A DNA stretch of 64,000 bases from the NCBI GenBank assembly GCA_964016885.1, contig OZ024756.1:11718001-11782000 (forward strand), in the 5' to 3' direction. The translations under genes and the position numbers were made by a program. The notes below the pieces were generated by a model. It was given only the letters and a program-made list of their open reading frames with translations. It was not told the origin of the DNA and searched no databases. Numbering within the stretch: position 1 is the stretch's first letter; the number at the start of each line of letters is the position of its first letter. This document shows positions 25,300 through 40,942 of the stretch, one piece after another. The DNA comes from Eledone cirrhosa. Lineage: Eukaryota.

Positions 25300-26510
25300 A
25301 TGTTATCTTTAGCCCCTACTATTTATTATTGCCCTTCAGGCTATAACAGATGAGTTCATGATCGGCTGCCCATGGGAACTTCTATACGCAGATGATCTAA
25401 CGCTCATAGCTGAACTAGAGAAGAAATTCCAAACATGGAAGCATGGCCTAGAATCAAAAGGCCTTAAAATTAACCTGTCTAAGACTAAAGTTCTAGTTTG
25501 TAGGAAGGAAAATAGGGCACTGGTCCCATCTGGGAAATGGCCATGCTCAGTGTGTAGGAAAGGAGTAGGCAGAAACTCCATTTTATGTCCTAAATGCAAA
25601 GTATGGGTGCATAAAAGATGTAGTGGGATCACAGGTAAGCTAACTAAGAATATAGATTTTATATGTGGCCGGTGCTCAGGTGCAATTAGTAGCAGCAAGT
25701 GCCCACAGAATACTAGCTCATTCCATTGCACAGATGGTTCTATAGAAATAGTGGATACCTTCCGTTACCTGGGTGACAAAAGCAGCAGTGGTGGAGGGTG
25801 CTCTGAAAGTACAGTAGCTAGAGTCAGAACGGGATGGAAAAAGTTCAGAGAGCTTATACCACTATTGGCCGCTAAAGGGTTCTCTCTAAAAACGAAAGGC
25901 AGGCTGTATGATGCCTGCATACGAACAGCAATGCTACATGGCAGTGAGACTTGGGCATTGTGTGCAGAGGATATACGCAGACTGGAGAGGAACGAAGCTT
26001 GCATGCTCCGTTGGATGTGTAATAGTAATATACGTGAACGGCAAAGCATAAACGAACTAAGAGAGAAATTAGGAATAAGAGGAATCAGATGTTGTTTACT
26101 TGAGAGAAGACTACGTTGGTATGTTCACGTGATGCGCATGAAAGACGACAGTTGTATAAAAAAGTGCAGGGCAATAAAAATAGACGGTAGCCACGGAGTA
26201 GGCAGACCCAGAAAAACCTGGGACGACTTGATAAATTCCGACCTCACACACTTACACCACTCCAAGACAATGTCACTGGACCAAGATATTTGGCGCTACA
26301 CAGTAATACAGAAGACCCGCCTTGCCTAAGTACAAAGCGAAACCTACAGTCAGTAGGCACCTTTAACAAAAATACACCCCCGTCCCACCACTCCCACCCC
26401 ATCCACACCACCTCTTTCGATGTAAAGTTATGTTGGTACCACAACATCCAGTCCGAAATAAATGAGGTCGTGTAGGTGTCACGAAAAAAAAACACAGTCC
26501 ACGCTGTAAT
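25300..26510 (+). mobile_element. RTE LINE (PHD-like family), 5'-truncated
   Basis: ORF 25358-26329 from LLYADD to the C-terminus; closely similar to 3125-3973. Confidence 0.93.
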
Positions 26511-26750
26511 GTAGAAATAAAACTAATTGCCCTTTGCAAAATCATTGTTTAGATAATAATTTGGTTTATAAATGCACCGTAAAAACTGATAACAAAACAT
26601 ACAACTACATTGGTTCGACCTCTTCCACATTCAAAGCCCGTTTTGCGAACCATAAATGCTCATTCTCGAACTCATCCACGTCTTTATTACAGCTCATATG
26701 GTCATTAAAAGAGAAGAATTTAAAATGCTCCATTCTTTGGACAAAACTTC
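26510..26750 (+). mobile_element. Penelope-like GIY-YIG endonuclease fragment
   Basis: CPLQNHCLDNNLVYKC..YNYIGST..FKARFANH, similar to the C-terminus of 35462-36658. Confidence 0.8.
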
Positions 26751-27073
26751 GGAACTGTGGAATTCTTGATCTATTAATAGTATAATATAATATAGTATGC
26801 ATATATTTCTTTTAAATATATTTACTGCACTTTAAAATCTAAAATTTAAGACAGATTCAAACTTACATATAAATGTGAATTTTTGCTGCGCTTTTGATCT
26901 CTTATTTATAATATAATGTATTATAATATGTATATAGTTATATATTATATTTTATATATTTTTTAATATTTTTAAATATACCTACCACATTTGTCTCTAT
27001 ATGATTCAAATATAGAGAAAATATCCAAACTAAAAATTATTATAGACATTATTTTGAACTCATTATTGTTTTT

Positions 27074-27117
<44 letters not shown>

Positions 27118-27509
27118 ATATGTATTCAACAGTATAATATTTCATTCTTTATGTGCCAGCTAAATCCTTTAAATGTTACCCTTATAAAATTCAGAAGCTT
27201 AGAAATGATAACACACCTATCGAATTTATAAAAATAAAATATAAATACCCAGCAAATAATCCTGAAATCTGGAGTCTTCACCCTAATATTATAAATTAAA
27301 TATTTTCAAATTTAACCGTTTAACTTTCGGAAAAAAATCCCCTTCTGCATATATCACCCCCACTCCCTATATTTTTCACTCTTTATAAATCCTTTTCCAG
27401 TGGCTATCACTGGCTGTTATGATTCATGAGACGTTTTCCTAGATATATCGTAGTATCATACATATATATATGTATATATATATGTATATATATATATAAA
27501 CATATATAC

Positions 27510-27543
<34 letters not shown>

Positions 27544-27656
27544 GTATATATATATATACATACATATATATATATACATACACATATATATATATATACA
27601 TACATACATACATACATACATACATACATACATACATACATACATACATACATACA

Positions 27657-28267
27657 TGGTGGCTGCCAACTCGTTTTCGAGTACGGCCACTACTTTATAT
27701 CCATGTAGGAGAACCCCTACCGATGCACTGAACGAGTGTGACTTTTTAGTCCAGCCAGCGACTTGAAAACTCTGGTACAAAGACTACACTTGTGACCATT
27801 ATTGACACATAGTGCAGGGCCCATGGTACCATGTGATGACAAGTGCAGAGAGATCTCCAGATATAAAGCAATGCCTGTGCTGTGAAGCTTTTATAGTGAG
27901 CAAAGGCACTGCACAAAGCCAGTCCCACTCTCTTAACCAAGATGTTATTTACCAAAAAGAAGAACAAGTCAACATCATTGGATACCATCAGGGTTGCAGG
28001 TGTTATATCAGAGTTTTCCTTCTCCTAGAATTCTGCCTTGACAAAGGCTAAGGGGTCATCTTTCCCGGTGATTTTGGATGGCTATTGAGTCTTAAGAGCT
28101 CCCTTGCCCTTTGACAGGTTTTGTTTTTAGTCCTGCAGGATGTCCAAAGTCACCCTCCTCACCAAGAAACCTTGGTGGGGTTGCCAGTTTAGTCGCCAAC
28201 GACCCGACCATGAGACAGGTTGTACTGGGATACATGTTACCAGTAGCACCAACTGGTGACCTGACAA
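27657..28267 (-). mobile_element. Bipartite non-autonomous RTE derivative within (TACA)n
   Basis: 3' end gtggccgtactcgaaaacgagttggcagccacc resembles the long RTE's terminus. Body is homologous to 8200-8430. (TACA)n on both sides. Confidence 0.7.
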
Positions 28268-28348
28268 CATACATACATACATACATACATACATACATAC
28301 ATACATACATACATACATACATACATACATACATACATACATACATAC

Positions 28349-28414
28349 ATGATGGCTGCCCCCTCGTTATCGAGTATGGCCATTGCACAAAAAAAAACAA
28401 AAAAAAAAAAAAAA

Positions 28415-28475
<61 letters not shown>

Positions 28476-28554
28476 GCAATAATAATAATAACGACAACAA
28501 CAATAATAATATACATATTCATATATATATACACACACACGCACGCACATAAGC

Positions 28555-28618
<64 letters not shown>

Positions 28619-31600
28619 GATAGCAACTAACAGTGCTGCGATCGAATGTGGCTTTTTAGCCCAGCCAATGATCCAAAATGTCTTGCACAGAGTCGGCAAC
28701 CAAAACATTTACTGGGAATAGTCGGCTGTGGTTGGAGTTCGTGTACTTTTGCATGTCGCTTGAGTCCTCCTGCTGATTTACATTCTCTACCACATGTTTG
28801 GCAAGCATGATGAGTAGCATCTCCAACAGCAGCCTGGTAGTCAACCACTGGTCTTACTTTATGACTGCGAAGATGACTTTCGAGTCCAGCTTTGCTTAGG
28901 CAGAGTCTCGCACAGACGCTGCATGTCAGAAACATAGGAGGACCCTCGCCGTCTGGAAGTGCAACAGCAATACCCTTCCTCACGTCCCGCTTTACTTTCT
29001 CGTGTGCGATTCGAGATGCCTCAAAGGCAACTTTTCCCTCATATACAGTCTTTCTCCATTTATTACGATCAGCAGCAACATTTTCCCATGTATCAGCAGA
29101 GATGTTAGCGTCTTTCAGAGAGGCCTTCAAGGAATCCTTATACCTCTTTTTTGGTTTATGTGGCGGTCGTTTTCCTTTAACCAACTCTCCATAGAAGAGT
29201 TGTTTTGGTATTCTAGAATCCTTCATCCTGGCAAGGTGACCACTCCAACGGAGTCGCTGCTTAAGCACAAGAGCTTCTATACTGTCACACATAGAGCTTT
29301 CCAAAATCTCGACATCACTGATGTGGTCCCTCCAGCGAACGCCATGTATCCGTCTGAGACACATCTGATGGAAACGCTCCAATTGCTTAAGGTGGCGTCG
29401 ATATGTGACCCAGGTCTCGCAGGCATAAAGAAGACAAGAGAGTACACATGCCCTGTACACCTTTACCTTTGTCCTCCTGCATATGTCTCGCCGACCCCAG
29501 AGTCGCCTTTCTAGCTTTCCGAAAGCATCACTTGCTTTCCTAATCCTAAGTGAGATTTCACTGTCAAGGTTGCCGTATCGATTGACAGTGCTTCCCAGGT
29601 AGACAAACTGATCAACCACTCCAAGTCGTTTGCCATACACATAGATGTTTGGTTCAGTGTACTGCCTACCAGGTGCAGGTTGGTACATGACGACGGTTTT
29701 CTTGAGACTGACAGTCAAACCCAGGGCAGTGCAAGCGTCAGAAAATACATTCAAAATGTGCTGCATATCACTCTCTGTGTGCGCTACAAGATCGCAATCA
29801 TCTGCATACAAGAGGTCTCTTATGACTGATGTAAATACTTTTGTCTTCGCAGCAAAGCGCCTGATGTTAAATATGCTGCCTGAGGTTCGATATCGGATGT
29901 AAACACCATGCTCGCAATTCCTGAATGCAATACAGAAAACCATTGCAAAGTATATGGCAAACAGGGTCGGTGCTGGAATATCCCCCTGTTTCACTCCATT
30001 TTTTACTGAGATAGGCTCCGACATGTTACCTCCGACATTAACCCAAGCCTTCATGTCGTCATGGAAAGACCTAACCAAAGCAAGGAACTTATCAGGGCAA
30101 CCAAGTTTCTGGAGAACCTTCCATAATGCATCTCTGTTGACAGTATCGAAAGCCTTTGTCAGATCGACAAAAACCTGATACAGATCCAAGCCCTGTTCAA
30201 TGCACTTCTCCTGGAGCTGTCTAGCTGAGAAGATCATATCAGTAGTGCCGCGTCCAACACGAAAACCAGATTGACTTTCAGGAAGGACACAATCTGCAAT
30301 GTGTGTCAGCAGACGGTCCAGAAGCACCCTACATAAAACTTTCCCCACGACAGAAAGCAATGATATACCTCTGTAGTTCCCACAATCATTCCTGTTACCC
30401 TTTCCCTTGTACAAGACCACCATTACTGCATCTCTCCAGTCCTCAGGCACGGATTCATTAGCCCATATCCTTCCAAACAGAGAGTGAAGATGTTGCAGGA
30501 GTCTCTCACCACCATATTGTAGGAGCTCAGCATGTATGCCATCCATACCTGGAGATCTTCCACTGTTCAGCTTCGAAATAGCCACTGCAACCTCCACAAG
30601 TGTCGGAGGCTCTGCGAGAGCTACTTTCACAGGACTTTCCGGAATGAGATTGAGGAAATCTTCACTGACGACAGACGGCTGATTCAAAAGATCATCAAAG
30701 TGCTCCCGCCACCTTCGTAGAATTCCCTGTGAGTCACGAAGAAGTTCTTTGCCATCCTTGCTGCGAATCGGTGTCACCAGAGAAGAAGACGGTCCATAAA
30801 CCTCACGCAAGAGACTGTACAACAGCTTTGTGTTATTGCAATCAGACGCAGTTTGTATCTCACCAGCCTTCTCACTCCACCACTGATCCTTCATCTGAGA
30901 AAGACTCCGCCTAACACGTGATTTTACATCCCTGAGCTCCTCATGCAACGTATTCCTCTCCTGTGGTCTTGCCGTCAAGTAGCGTGACAGAGCGCGCCTC
31001 CTATCAGCCAACAAGTCATCTATATGCACATCTTTCTCATTAAACCAGTCCTGATGTTTTCTCTGCACCAATCCCAGAACACGTCTGCCTACATCATAAA
31101 CCGACTTTTTAAGGGTCGGCCAATCCTCACCAAGATCTGCAGCCTGCATCTCTTCTTCCAATGTCCTCTTCACATTTTTATCCTTAAGACGAGCAGCATT
31201 CAATCTTTTGGGCAGGGTAACACCAGGAGCCCGGATTTTACGTTTGGTGATTAGATTCACTTTTGCGCGTACCAGGCGGTGGTCCGTCCAGCACTCAGCT
31301 CCACGAAGAACACGAACACACCGCACATCCTGTCTGTCACGCATCCTGACTAGGACGTAGTCCAAAAGATGCCATTCCTTAGATGCAGGATGCATCCATG
31401 TGGTCTTGAATTTGTTCTTTTGTTGGAACATGGTGCTGGTAACACACAGATCCAGCTCCTCACACATCTGCAGCAAGAGCATACCATTGCTGTTACACTT
31501 TCCCACCCCATGCCTTCCGATTACATTCCATGTGTTAAAATCCCTACCCACTCTAGCATTAAAGTCACCAAGCACGATGACTTTGTCTGCCTGAGGGATA

Positions 31601-32116
31601 TTTCTTAAAACACCTTTCAAGGCATGGTAAAAGGACAGTTTTTCTTCATCGACAGAATTCATAGTTGGAGCATACACACTCACCAGGGTAGCATATCTTC
31701 CCTTGTCCAGCGGAACTCTCATGGACATAAGACGCTCACTAATCCCCACTGGGAATTCTTCCAATTTATTCACCAGTACAGTCTTAACAGCAAATCCTAC
31801 CCCAGCCTCTCTTCTGGTTCCTTCATCTCTTCCTTTCCAGAAGAATGTATATTCTCCACAAAATTCCGTAAGATGACCATCTCCAGCTAACCTCGTCTCA
31901 GACAAAGCCACGATGTCAAGATCGTAACGTCGAAGCTCCTTCGCAACAAGAGCGGTCCTTCGTTCAGGACGCTCCAAAGAATCCCTGTCAAGCAGCGTCC
32001 GTACGTTCCAGCAGCCAAGACTAAATGCCCTGTTTGGCTCTATTACAATGGCACGATGACGGGCGGGCCCAGGTTGTGATAACTTGGGGCCCCTGCCCTT
32101 ATTGCCAATGATCTTT

Positions 32117-32119
<3 letters not shown>
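28349..32119 (-). mobile_element. Near-full-length RTE/BovB-like LINE inserted in (TACA)n
   Basis: Single long ORF, a microsatellite-expanded 3' UTR and a conserved terminus. (TACA)n flanks both ends. Confidence 0.95.

Positions 32120-32127
<8 letters not shown>
28627..32127 (-). CDS. RTE ORF: APE endonuclease + reverse transcriptase + three C2H2 zinc fingers (~1166 aa from the nearest in-frame ATG)
   Basis: [33 protein letters not shown] (APE); [38 protein letters not shown] (RT); three CxxC..H..H at the C-terminus. No stops or frameshifts. Confidence 0.95.
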
Positions 32128-32148
<21 letters not shown>

Positions 32149-32154
32149 CATACA

Positions 32155-32186
<32 letters not shown>

Positions 32187-32490
32187 CATACATACATACA
32201 TATACATACATACATACATATACATACATACATACATATATATGTATATATATATATACATACATATATATGTATATATATATACATACATATATATGTA
32301 TATATATATACATACATATATATGTATATATATATACATACATACATATATATGTATATATATATACATACATACATATATATGTATATATATATACATA
32401 CATACATATATATGTATATATATATATATACATACATACATTATATATATATACATACATAAATATATATATATATATGTATGTATGTAC

Positions 32491-32525
<35 letters not shown>

Positions 32526-32552
32526 CATATATATATATATATATGTATATAT

Positions 32553-33170
32553 ATGTAACAGTAATATACGTGAACGACAAAGCATAAAGGAATTGAGAGA
32601 GAGACTGAGCATAAGAGGAATCAAATGCTGCGTGCAGGAGAGGCGGTTACGCTGGTATGGACATGTGATGCGTATGAAGGATGACAACTGCATAAAAAGG
32701 TGCAGAGCACTAGAAGTTGATGGAAACCGCGGAGTGGGGAGACCCAAGATGACTTGGGATGAGGTGATAAAAGCCGACCTTACCCAACTACACCTCTCAA
32801 AGACAATGACACACGACCGTGACTTCTGGCGTCACGCAGTAATACAGGGTACCCGACCTCCCATGGGTACATGCTGAAGCATATAAACAATATGCCCCCA
32901 CTCCCCCCACCGCAAGGTGGTCGTGGAGGTGCCACGGCAAAAAAGCACCCAGCCCACACTGTAAAGTGGACGTGTAGGCGCCACGAAAGAGCACCCAGCA
33001 CTCACTGTAAATGAGGTTGGTGTTAGGAAGGGCATCCAGCTGTAGAAATCAAGCCAGATCAGTTCCTGTATGAGCAAGGCATGGTCAGCCGACCAGACAC
33101 TGCCCACAACAGGACAACCCGTCTAACCCATGCTAGCGTGTAAGAACGGACGTAAAACGGTGATGATGAT
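32553..33170 (+). mobile_element. RTE LINE 3' fragment with complete 3' UTR and (GAT)n tail
   Basis: [25 protein letters not shown]. The 3' UTR is shared with SINE family B. Confidence 0.9.
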
Positions 33171-33199
33171 GTATATATATATACATACATATATATATA

Positions 33200-34150
33200 T
33201 ATTTGGTCATCAATGGCATGGATGACCGGATAAGCCTTCAGTCAGACCTACTGGCTGTTACCCAATGGGCGGAAAAGAACAACATGTTACTGAACGAAGA
33301 CAAATTCGAACTGATCCACTTTGGAAAAGAGGATGCTCTGAAACTCCCGTACTCCCTTCCCTCCGGGGAAACTCTCGTGGCATCTAACATCATCAGAGAC
33401 TTGGGAGTAACAGTGGACAGCAACATAAGCTGGGCCACGCATATAAGCAGCAAAGTTGACATGGCCCGCAGAATGTGTTCCTGGATCCTCAGAACCTTCC
33501 AGTCGAGAGATTCCCACACCATTATCCTTCTCTTGTCTACTTTTGCCCGACCGCACCTTGAATACTGTTGTCCACTGTGGTCTCCCCACACGAAACAAAG
33601 TATCATGAAACTTGAAGCTCCTCAAAGGGCAATCACGAAAAAGATAGATGGCATGTCAGACCTTGACTACTGGGGTCGACTAGAAAACCTGAAACTTTAC
33701 TCACTCCAACGTCGCCGTGAGCGTTATATTATCTGCATGATGTGGAAAATGTTCCATCATCACTGCCCAAATGATGTTGGCATCGCCTTCAAGATACACC
33801 CAAGGCTTGGGCCCCGTGCTATCCGTCCCATACAAAAATCTAAATCGCAACTCATAACAACAATACGGCACAATTATTTCACCTCAATCGGCCCTGCTCT
33901 CTTCAACATCACACCAGGACACGTCAAAACAGAAACTGACCACACAAAATTCAAGAAGTCTTTGGACAAATTCCTCCAAATAATTCCGGACAAACCACCC
34001 ACACCCGGATATGTCTCCGCAAACAATAATTCTCTTCTCGAATGGGCCATGGTGCCCAAATCCTGAATTGAAAGACTTTGCCAGGTGGTGCTATTAAGTT
34101 AGACATGGCCTGGGCCAATACTGGCCAAAACATTTCAAAGTTATTCAAAG
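33200..34150 (+). mobile_element. CR1/L2-group LINE 3' fragment (second family) in (TA)n
   Basis: Open ORF 33203-34066: LQSDL..W..N.M.LN..K, RDLGV, RPHLEYCCPLWSP, LYSLQRRRER. Confidence 0.9.
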
Positions 34151-34160
34151 TTATATATAT

Positions 34161-36704
<2,544 letters not shown>

Positions 36705-36705
<1 letters not shown>

Positions 36706-37369
36706 ATTTATATATCTAAAACAGAGAATGTCTGCCTGGCTCCCTAAAACTCGAGAACCACCCAACCGATTATTTTCAAACTTTACACATGTAATACTTA
36801 TGGTCTGTGAGTGTTTAGAGCAAAAGATATTCAAATTTTCAATGCCCTAGCGACCGCATTAGGCGGTTTAGCGATCTCTCTATAATTCTTAGTCTTTCTT
36901 TTTAGATAGATACATAGCTACCACGTCGCGCCCTTATGATATCTGTCTGTATATATGGATGTCTGCATCACGACATTATGACGTTATATGTGTGTGTGTG
37001 TGTGTGTATATAATGTGTGTGTATATATATATATATGTGTGTAACATTTTTCGAAATATGCACTTCTGTGTTCACAGATTTTTTTTTTTAATTTCAGAAG
37101 TTTCCGTTGAGGGTGAAAGCAGCGATTCTTGGCTTAAACTTTAATCTGTTATTTTAATATATATCATCATCATCATCATCGTTTAACGTCTATCTTCCAT
37201 GCTAACTTGGGTTTATATATAATTATACAGATTTATACGTGTACAGATATTTTTGCATACACAATAACAAAATATAAACAAACATATTTATTTCACGAGG
37301 TTCGATAAGGATAAATATATATTAAATATATAAGAACCCTAGAGCAAATCCGAAGCAATGTTCTGCTAG
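36705..37369 (+). mobile_element. Non-autonomous Helitron-like element with nested Penelope-like pieces
   Basis: Helitron-type 5' region and ..CTGCTAG|T end. 37090-37160 (+) and 37290-37350 (-) match 54478-54600. Confidence 0.55.
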
Positions 37370-37822
37370 TATATATATATATATATTTACGTGTGTGTAT
37401 ATATATATATTTATATGTATATATATATATATATGTGTGTATATTTATATATTTATATATATATATACTTACATGTGTGTGTGTATATATATATATATGT
37501 ATATATATATATTTATTGTATTAAATATATATATATATATGTGTGTATGTATATATGTATGTATACATATATATATGTATATATGTATGTATACATATAT
37601 ATATGTATATATGTATGTATACATATATATATGTATATATGTATGTATGTATATATATATATATATATATGTATGTATGCATATATTTATATATTTACGT
37701 GTGTACGTGTATATATATATATATATGTATATGCACATTTACATGCAGCAGAATATATATACATACTTGTATGCATACACATACCACATATATACATATA
37801 GAAACGTATGGTTTCGATGTAT

Positions 37823-37920
<98 letters not shown>

Positions 37921-38724
37921 AGGTGTAGTAAAACTGTCTGTGGCTGAATTCTATTGTTCTCTGGTGAATTTCAGTAGACCTTATGTAATAACTGGCTGAA
38001 GGGAATTCCTGGATTAAACTGGTTTGCAGAATAAGACTATTTCTCTGTCCTCTCTCTCTTTCCCCATTTCCATTCTCCTCCTCCTCCTCAGCAAATGTCA
38101 TACTCTGCCACTGTAGAAGAGGAGGTGGTTCTAGTGCCCCCTCCCTCTCTCCCCACTCTGCCACTGTGGAGGTGGTGGTACCCCCTTCCCCCGTCACCAC
38201 CCCCTACTCTGCCACTGTAGAAGTGGAGGTGGTGGTAGTCCCCCCTCCCCCACCCCCTACTCTGCCACTGTAGAAGCCATGTCCATTTATTATTCATTCA
38301 GTGTTTGGCCATAATTGTTTTTATTGCATTACATTAAACAGCTGAGAATGTTAGTCAAGTTGGTAATATTTCTATTAGTGAATATTGTGTCATTCTCTGA
38401 AAGTAGTCTGGGGGTGGGTGGCATTAAAGGGGAGGTGGCTCTGCTTTTTTTACTCTGGCGTTCAATGTTCACTAATACAAGTCAGTAAAGAGGCATCTTC
38501 CATAGAATATTTTGGTTTGTTATATTGTATTAAACCTTTATTTTTAGTAATAACAGTAGTAATTGCAGCAGTATTAGTATTAGCTGCAGCCTCAGTAGTA
38601 GTAGTAGTTCTGGTTATTGAAGTAGTAGTAGTAGTAGTAGTAGTTCTGGTTGTTGAAGTAGTAAATATTAAGGCAACAAAATCGGGAGAAGGGGAAGAAA
38701 GACAACAATCAGAGATAATGTTAG

Positions 38725-38909
38725 CTAGGAAATATTTATTAATCCCAATATTTTGGATGTTCCATCCATTATCAATGAATCCATTGGGAATGAACCGCAC
38801 AGAGATATAGAAAAGTCCTCTCTGACATTCTCTGAGGTTACCAATGGATCCGTGGAGGATACAAAATACTTTTTCTTCCAATTTACTTCACTTTCCCTAT
38901 AATGACATC
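38725..38909 (-). CDS. Candidate terminal exon of an unknown gene
   Basis: Acceptor ttatgtccag|G, 60 open codons CHYRESEVNWKKKYFVSSTDPLVTSENVREDFSISLCGSFPMDSLIMDGTSKILGLINIS*. Non-repetitive, but no upstream partner exon found. Confidence 0.25.
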
Positions 38910-39009
38910 CTGGACATAAACCAAACTTATATTTAAATTAAAACTCTTTTATCATAAAGTACTGCAAGAACATTTTGTTAAATTATGTTCTTAAAATTAA
39001 TTTAATAAT

Positions 39010-39400
39010 AATCATTTCTAATTTAGGCACAAAGGGGAGAGGAAAAGTCAATCACATCATCCCCAGTACATGACTGGTACTTTATTTTATTAACCTCGGA
39101 ATGTAAAAGACCAGAACCAATACTACTTAGCATTCACCCAAAATTCTAATCATTCTGCCAATCCACTGAACCAGCTTAATATTGCTTTCTGATTTAGGCA
39201 CAAGGCCAGCAATTTGGCAGGAGGGGAAATTTGATTAAATCGATCCCCAGTGCGTTACTGGTACTTTATTTTATCAAGCCCTCCATATTCTGAAAGGGAA
39301 ATCTAATCTTGGTGGGATTTTGAACTTGGAACTAAAGGAACGTAACTCAATGCCACAAAGTATGTTGTCCGATACTCTACCGATTCTACTGACACTGCAC
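39010..39400 (-). mobile_element. Two decayed SINE family A copies
   Basis: Residual actggtactttattttat core. Confidence 0.65.
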
Positions 39401-40269
39401 CAATTTACTTTCTTAAATACTTTCAAATATTTAATTATTTCAAAGATGAAGACATAGGTAATGTAATTACAGGATGGAATATCCTCATGAAAGTTTTCAT
39501 TTATTTCAACTAAAAATGTTTAATTAATTAAAGTTACACCTGTAATAATGAAGGAGGGTGGGGGTAGAAATCAATATTTTACTGATTAATTCAGGTGGAA
39601 AAAGAGACAGGGGTGACCCACCCTGGAATTTGAGTTAATTAAAATTAATGAAAAATTAAATGCAGTTAAGAGTGGCTCACGTTTTTGTTGTTGTCGTTGT
39701 CATCATCATCATCATCACCATCATCATCATTACCACCTCCACCATCATCTTCACAAGCACCACCATCATCTTCACCCCCCCACCATCATCATTACCACCA
39801 CTACCACCACCATCATCATTACCACCACTACCACCACCATCATCATCATCGCCACCACCACCACCACCACCATCATCATTACCACCACCATCATCATCGC
39901 CACCATCATCATCATTACCACCACCACCATCATCATCATTACCACCACCACCATCATCTTCATCTTCACCACCATCATCATTACCACCACCATCACCATC
40001 ACCATCATCATCATTACCATCTTGTGTCTGTTTTCCATGTCAGTATAGGTTGGTTCAGTCGTAATGCTTTGAGTCAGTGCTAATTTGGAATTACTTCCCC
40101 TTAGATGGGGTGGACGAGTGCATCATGTATGTCTATTCCATTGGCTGTATATACATAACGTTGCACGTGTTTCAGTTTTATTGGGTCTTATCATAACCAT
40201 CCAGCGTAATGTTATGTGAGAACCTTTGTTAAGTTATGTTCCAGACATCGTCTTAATAATCTAATATAT

Positions 40270-40462
40270 AATAATTGTTTCTACTTTTTGGCACAAGGCC
40301 AGCAATTACCCAGTACATAACTGGTACTTTATTTTATTGACCCCCGTAAGGATGAAAGGCAAAGTTAACCTCGGCGGGATTTGAACTCAGATCATAAAGG
40401 GACATAACTATGCTAGAAAGCATGGCGTCTGACCCTCTACCGATACTGCCAATCCACCACCA
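40270..40462 (-). mobile_element. SINE family A copy
   Basis: Full core plus A and B boxes. Flanked by the direct repeat aataatctaatatataataattg (probable TSD). Confidence 0.88.
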
Positions 40463-40942
40463 ATAATCTAATATATAATAATTGGAGGGAGGACTGCGAG
40501 ACTGTGTCAGGGATATTTTTTTTATGAACACGCTCTTAAAATTACTTTGAATAAATCATGAATGAATATTATGTAATTTATCTACTAAATTTCTAGCCCT
40601 TAATTAAGCATAAATATTCTTATATATAATGTATTTCTTATTTTAAGATTCACTTCTTAAAAATTTTCCAATGTCAATACTTCCGGTTATGATATAATGG
40701 ACGCTATATCACATCGCTTATATAAACATCCATATATTTGCATCGTTATATCATAATATTTATATTTCCGTCGCTAATTTTCTCCTTTTTCATTTTCATA
40801 ACATTTCACCGTAATGCAGTTTATATATAATATCATCTTATTTAAATGTAACATGGATTACTTTACTGATTACATAAGACAGTATATCACAGTCTCTCTT
40901 CATTTTCTGTGCATATTGTCAATTACAATTTTATTTGATGTA

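Noticed and set aside
32128-32580. N-terminal ~150 aa of the 1317-aa ORF
   Set aside because: Microsatellite read-through (YI/MYVC), not part of the LINE protein.
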